39,528 nucleotides of DNA. Origin: Phoronis australis. Lineage: Eukaryota > Animalia > Phoronida. The position numbers and the translations under genes are program-made. Shown here in pieces: positions 36,100 to 39,528 of this stretch. The notes below the pieces were generated by a model. The model was not told the DNA's origin, searched no databases, and worked only from the letters and a program-made list of their open reading frames with translations. Location: the NCBI GenBank assembly GCA_002633005.1, contig NMRA01001054.1, positions 1-39,528 of the forward strand, read 5' to 3'. Within the stretch, counting starts at the first letter, position 1, and each line of letters starts with the position of its first letter.

Positions 36100-36533
36100 T
36101 GCCCGGTTGCTTTAAACAGTTTCAAATAGGGAGTCAACTAGGGTCCCTAAGTCTACTGCGTATTTTTGGACTTATGAAAACATCCATTGTCCTTTCTTGT
36201 ATTGTTTTAGTTTCATTACTAAGTCAACTTTTGACTTTGATTCAAATCGAGAGTGAACTCTACGTTGAATTGTCAAAATTATTGAAAATAAGTAGTCATC
36301 TTTTCATGCATCAACCCCAATTTAAGGACTGAGTCCCTACTTAGATTTAATGAACTCAGGGCTCAATTTTTAGTAATATTAATAGAAAATGTCATTAAGC
36401 AAAGATGATCTCATAATAAAGATGAAACGATAGAAAAACATTGCATCTGTGAGTCCATAATGACACAAATACCCAAAAAGACTTAGGGACCTTAGTTGAG
36501 TCCCTATTTGGGACTGTTTCATGCAACCAGACA
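36100..36533. mobile_element. PIF/Harbinger-like MITE with ~50-bp imperfect TIRs and a CTG TSD
   Basis: TGCCCGGTTGC...CAAATAGGGAGTCAACTAGGGTCCCTAAGTC pairs with GACTTAGGGACCTTAGTTGAGTCCCTATTTG...GCAACCAGACA. CTG occurs at 36097-36099 and 36534-36536. A related decayed end lies at about 32535-32590. Confidence 0.7.
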
Positions 36534-36964
36534 CTGGTGGTCTCAAAACCCTCTAAATTAAAAGTGCCTTCAAATTCATTTAACGTATTGATGTTTGAAG
36601 TGTATCTATTATAAAACTCCTGTGTAATCACCGTACCTGAGGTGTACTCAGTAAAAGTACACGTTAACCACAAAGCTGACAAAAACCAAACTTCATAATT
36701 GATGCATAATTTATGCATGTACTAAACCAGTTCATTACCGTTTAGTCACACATGCTCCATTTCTCATTGAAAATGAAAATGAAAAAAAAAATTCGCAAAA
36801 ACGCTCAAATTTTGAAAATCCAGTACTTAAATACTAAAATGTCTATATTAAATATGAAACGTGTGTCTGGATTTTCATGTCAGATATATTTACAGAAAAA
36901 ATCATTATACGGTCCGATTCAATTAATATCTTCAAACTTAATATTAAAAAGTGACAGTAATTTT

Positions 36965-37245
36965 TCGTAACCTTGCCTGTCCTAATAATGTAATTTTTCA
37001 TTATTTAGTATCATCTCTTTTATTATTTGGTCTCTCTTTGTCCAATTTTCTCCATCCTTCGTCACTTATTATTTACATGTAAACTTTATATTTGCTACAT
37101 GTACTTAATTATTGTTTCACTACATTATTATATTATGTTACTGTTTTATATTTTGTTGTCGAGAGCCCTTTTGGAAAGCAGTGCTGTCACTCACGAAGGC
37201 CATCCTCATTTTAAATATCACAATAAATCAAGAAATAAATTAAAT
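36965..37245 (+). mobile_element. LINE 3' UTR fragment related to 23050-23405
   Basis: Shares GAG.GCCCT.TT.GAAAGCAGTGCT.TCACT...CCTCATTTTAAATATCA..ATAAAT with the nested LINE tail. Confidence 0.75.
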
Positions 37246-37712
37246 TCATTGACGACAGAAACATGTGTGCAAATATTAATGACTAACCTCTGTCTGATGC
37301 AGCAGTTATAAGCACAAGTAGAATTGTGAATAATGGCAGCCTCAATTTGTGAAAAATTATCAATTATTATGCAAATTCATGATGACCATGAAAATATGAG
37401 ATCTGATACGAAAATAATCTACATTTAATAACCATAAGGATGTTATGTGCACAAACAATACTTCTAATATGTTGCCCTTTATTATGGAAAATTGTTATGT
37501 AACAACTTGCAAACGGATTTCACCAGAAACATGGGTTCAGACGTCAAAATAGTTTACCTGTAGTGCCGGGTACTTCAGCTATAAGCAAAAGTAAAATTTT
37601 GAATGATGGCGGCCTTAATTTGCAAATATAATGTAGAATAATGCAGGCCTTAATTTGCATTAGTTATGCAAGTTTAGCATATAACAATTTGCAAACTGAT
37701 GTCATTAAACTG

Positions 37713-37890
37713 ATTGACCTATCGCTAGGATTTTGAGTGACGGCTTAACTGACCAATCAGAACCCAACATCCTTGACAAACTTTCGCATCGAAGCCGCCA
37801 TTTCACTCTACAAACAACACGTTGCCGGGGAAAAACTTATTGTTTGTTTGTCGACATTTTTCAAGTGGGCGGAGTTAGCGATAGGTCAAT
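37713..37890. mobile_element. 178-bp MITE with perfect 15-bp TIRs
   Basis: ATTGACCTATCGCTA (37713-37727) and TAGCGATAGGTCAAT (37876-37890), flanked by TG on both sides. Confidence 0.7.
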
Positions 37891-39528
37891 TGACTATAGG
37901 AACATAGGCGCAAATATCATGATAGTTCACCTGTGGTGCTTGGTGACGTAGCTATAAGAACAAGTGAAATTTTAAGTAATGGCGGCCTAAATTTGCATAA
38001 ATTATGAAAATTCACTAGGTATCCCCCAAAAAATGCACTATTAAATTCGCTGACCATGGTTAAGTAAAAAACAGTCTTTGGCTTCCGGACTATGTTAAAT
38101 AAGCTGCCATTAGATTCCGCTCCACACGGTACACAGCGTATGACACCAAGATAAAGTTCAGTGGCTGTCTTCCCAAAATCACGTCCTATCATTTTGAATA
38201 CACAGCAATATCTCGCGTAATCTCGTAAAGTCGTGGTTTTCCGTTATTGAGCTCCACATAGTTTTGGAAAAATAGAAATCAAATCCTTCTATCGTATGTC
38301 TAAGATTTGAAAGGATCTTGGTTAGATTAAAAAGTCATAATAGGCTCTGGAAGGTGTCTTTGAGAATTGATGCGGTGATACGGTATGCATGTAGTTTTGA
38401 ATTTTTAAAATTTGCATAATATGCACTAAAGTGGTGATCCCAACAATTTAATGACCACGTGGTACTCTGATCTACCGGTTGTGATTGTGCTCGTGTGGTT
38501 TGCTGAGATGGCTGCGACCCAAAACCGCACTACTTGCAACTAAGAAAGAGGTGGTTCTTGTTAAGTTGTCACACAATGTCGTTACATTACGTTGTGTAGT
38601 TTTTGGAACAAAAATTGCCAAAATTGTTGGGGTTGGGCTTTGTTTTTTCTCAAACATTGAGGCGCAGTTTTCAAAAACGCTTAGTAGGAGACCAGAGCCA
38701 ATTATATTATTTTCCTTGATTCTGTATAGTTTTATACGTACCCGACACACACGTACAAACTTCATTGATGCACTTTCCAGATGTGCCCAACTTCCAATTA
38801 ATGCACAATTCAGTGCACTTATAAGTATAACATCGTTGGAATTCTCGAGTTGCAACTGCAAAGGAGGGAAATTATTCACTTGTAAAATACAGTCGTACAT
38901 CATTCTCATCTTTCTAGGCTCGAAAGAAGGGTTAGACGTTAGAACGACAGAACCACAATGTAGAAAATGACGGAAACATAACACATATTGTTGCATCAGT
39001 GGCGGATCTAGGATATCACAAGGGGGGCCCAACATTTTGTACGGCCGTAAGTATTTACGGAAACCACGATTGTAGATGCGTACACGGGAGAGGAGTTTCC
39101 CCCTTCCCTCCCAGGAAATTTTTCTGTTTTTTCCTTTAAAAATCAAGCATTTTCCTTGATTCCTGAAATATTATCCAAGAAAAAAAGGCAAAAAAAACAC
39201 TACACCACCACGACAAAACTAGCAATAGTGTGCTACGAGACCTACTTGTTTATAGTCCACAGCGTTTGCGCGCGAAACCTACTTCTTTTTGTAATGCTTA
39301 TTACACGTTTTATAATTTGTGCAATCGGTTCTTAACAAATTCGTTGTATTTCAAATAGTCTTCAAATGCCCAAAAGACCAAATCCGGCAATAATGACGGG
39401 ATTGCTTTGGAAATCGTCTTAAGTTAAAGTCCTTCTTGCAAACTGCCCGTGTGGTTCCTGTATCCGAAAATACTTACTACATAAAATCTTATTTTCGACA
39501 CCCTTTATTTATATTCTTTTCGCCTTTC

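Larger units (their letters stand above)
32765..38420 (-). mobile_element. Probable extent of a decayed Academ-like element, bounded by inverted subterminal repeats
   Basis: 32765-32975 is homologous in inverted orientation to units at about 37530-37630 and 37950-38060 (TATGCAAAT.TAGGC.GCCAT). Exact ends and TSD were not found. Confidence 0.5.

Noticed and set aside
38472-39146. Overlapping 224-aa (-) and 161-aa (+) ORFs
   Set aside because: No recognisable domain, the minus ORF runs through a repeat terminus at 38997, and the resemblance to an RTE-LINE C-terminus is too faint to call.

Overview
AT-rich, repeat-dense animal genomic DNA, probably from a marine invertebrate; spliceosomal introns rule out a prokaryote. 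It is a draft assembly, with single Ns at 3992, 13269 and 17129 and a gap at 18973-19518. (1) Eight minus-strand exons between 15290 and about 2757 splice in matching phases into an extracellular protein: an 8-Cys LDL-receptor class A module, EGF, a Ser/Thr-rich stalk, then four Notch/fibropellin-type EGF repeats. Its N- and C-termini were not found. (2) Its 4.8-kb intron (2991-7823) holds an apparently complete antisense gene with a TATA box, a non-coding first exon, one coding exon and AATAAA. The ~195-aa low-complexity product has repeated R/K-R/K-x-S sites, an RVxF-type motif (KTVTF) and a basic CCIL CaaX tail, making it a candidate membrane-anchored PP1-targeting protein. (3) The rest is mostly mobile DNA: a decayed CR1/L2-group LINE; a P-superfamily-like element with 31-bp TIRs, a 7-bp TSD, an intron-split THAP pseudogene and nested insertions; an Academ-like transposase remnant; Helentron-like repeat arrays with CTCF-like motifs; several MITEs; and a 150-bp near-perfect hairpin. 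(4) The 8-mer TACATGTA is strongly over-represented and appears as in-frame 6-bp insertions in conserved coding motifs, as expected for Tc1/mariner-type excision footprints. All calls come from manual reading without database searches.
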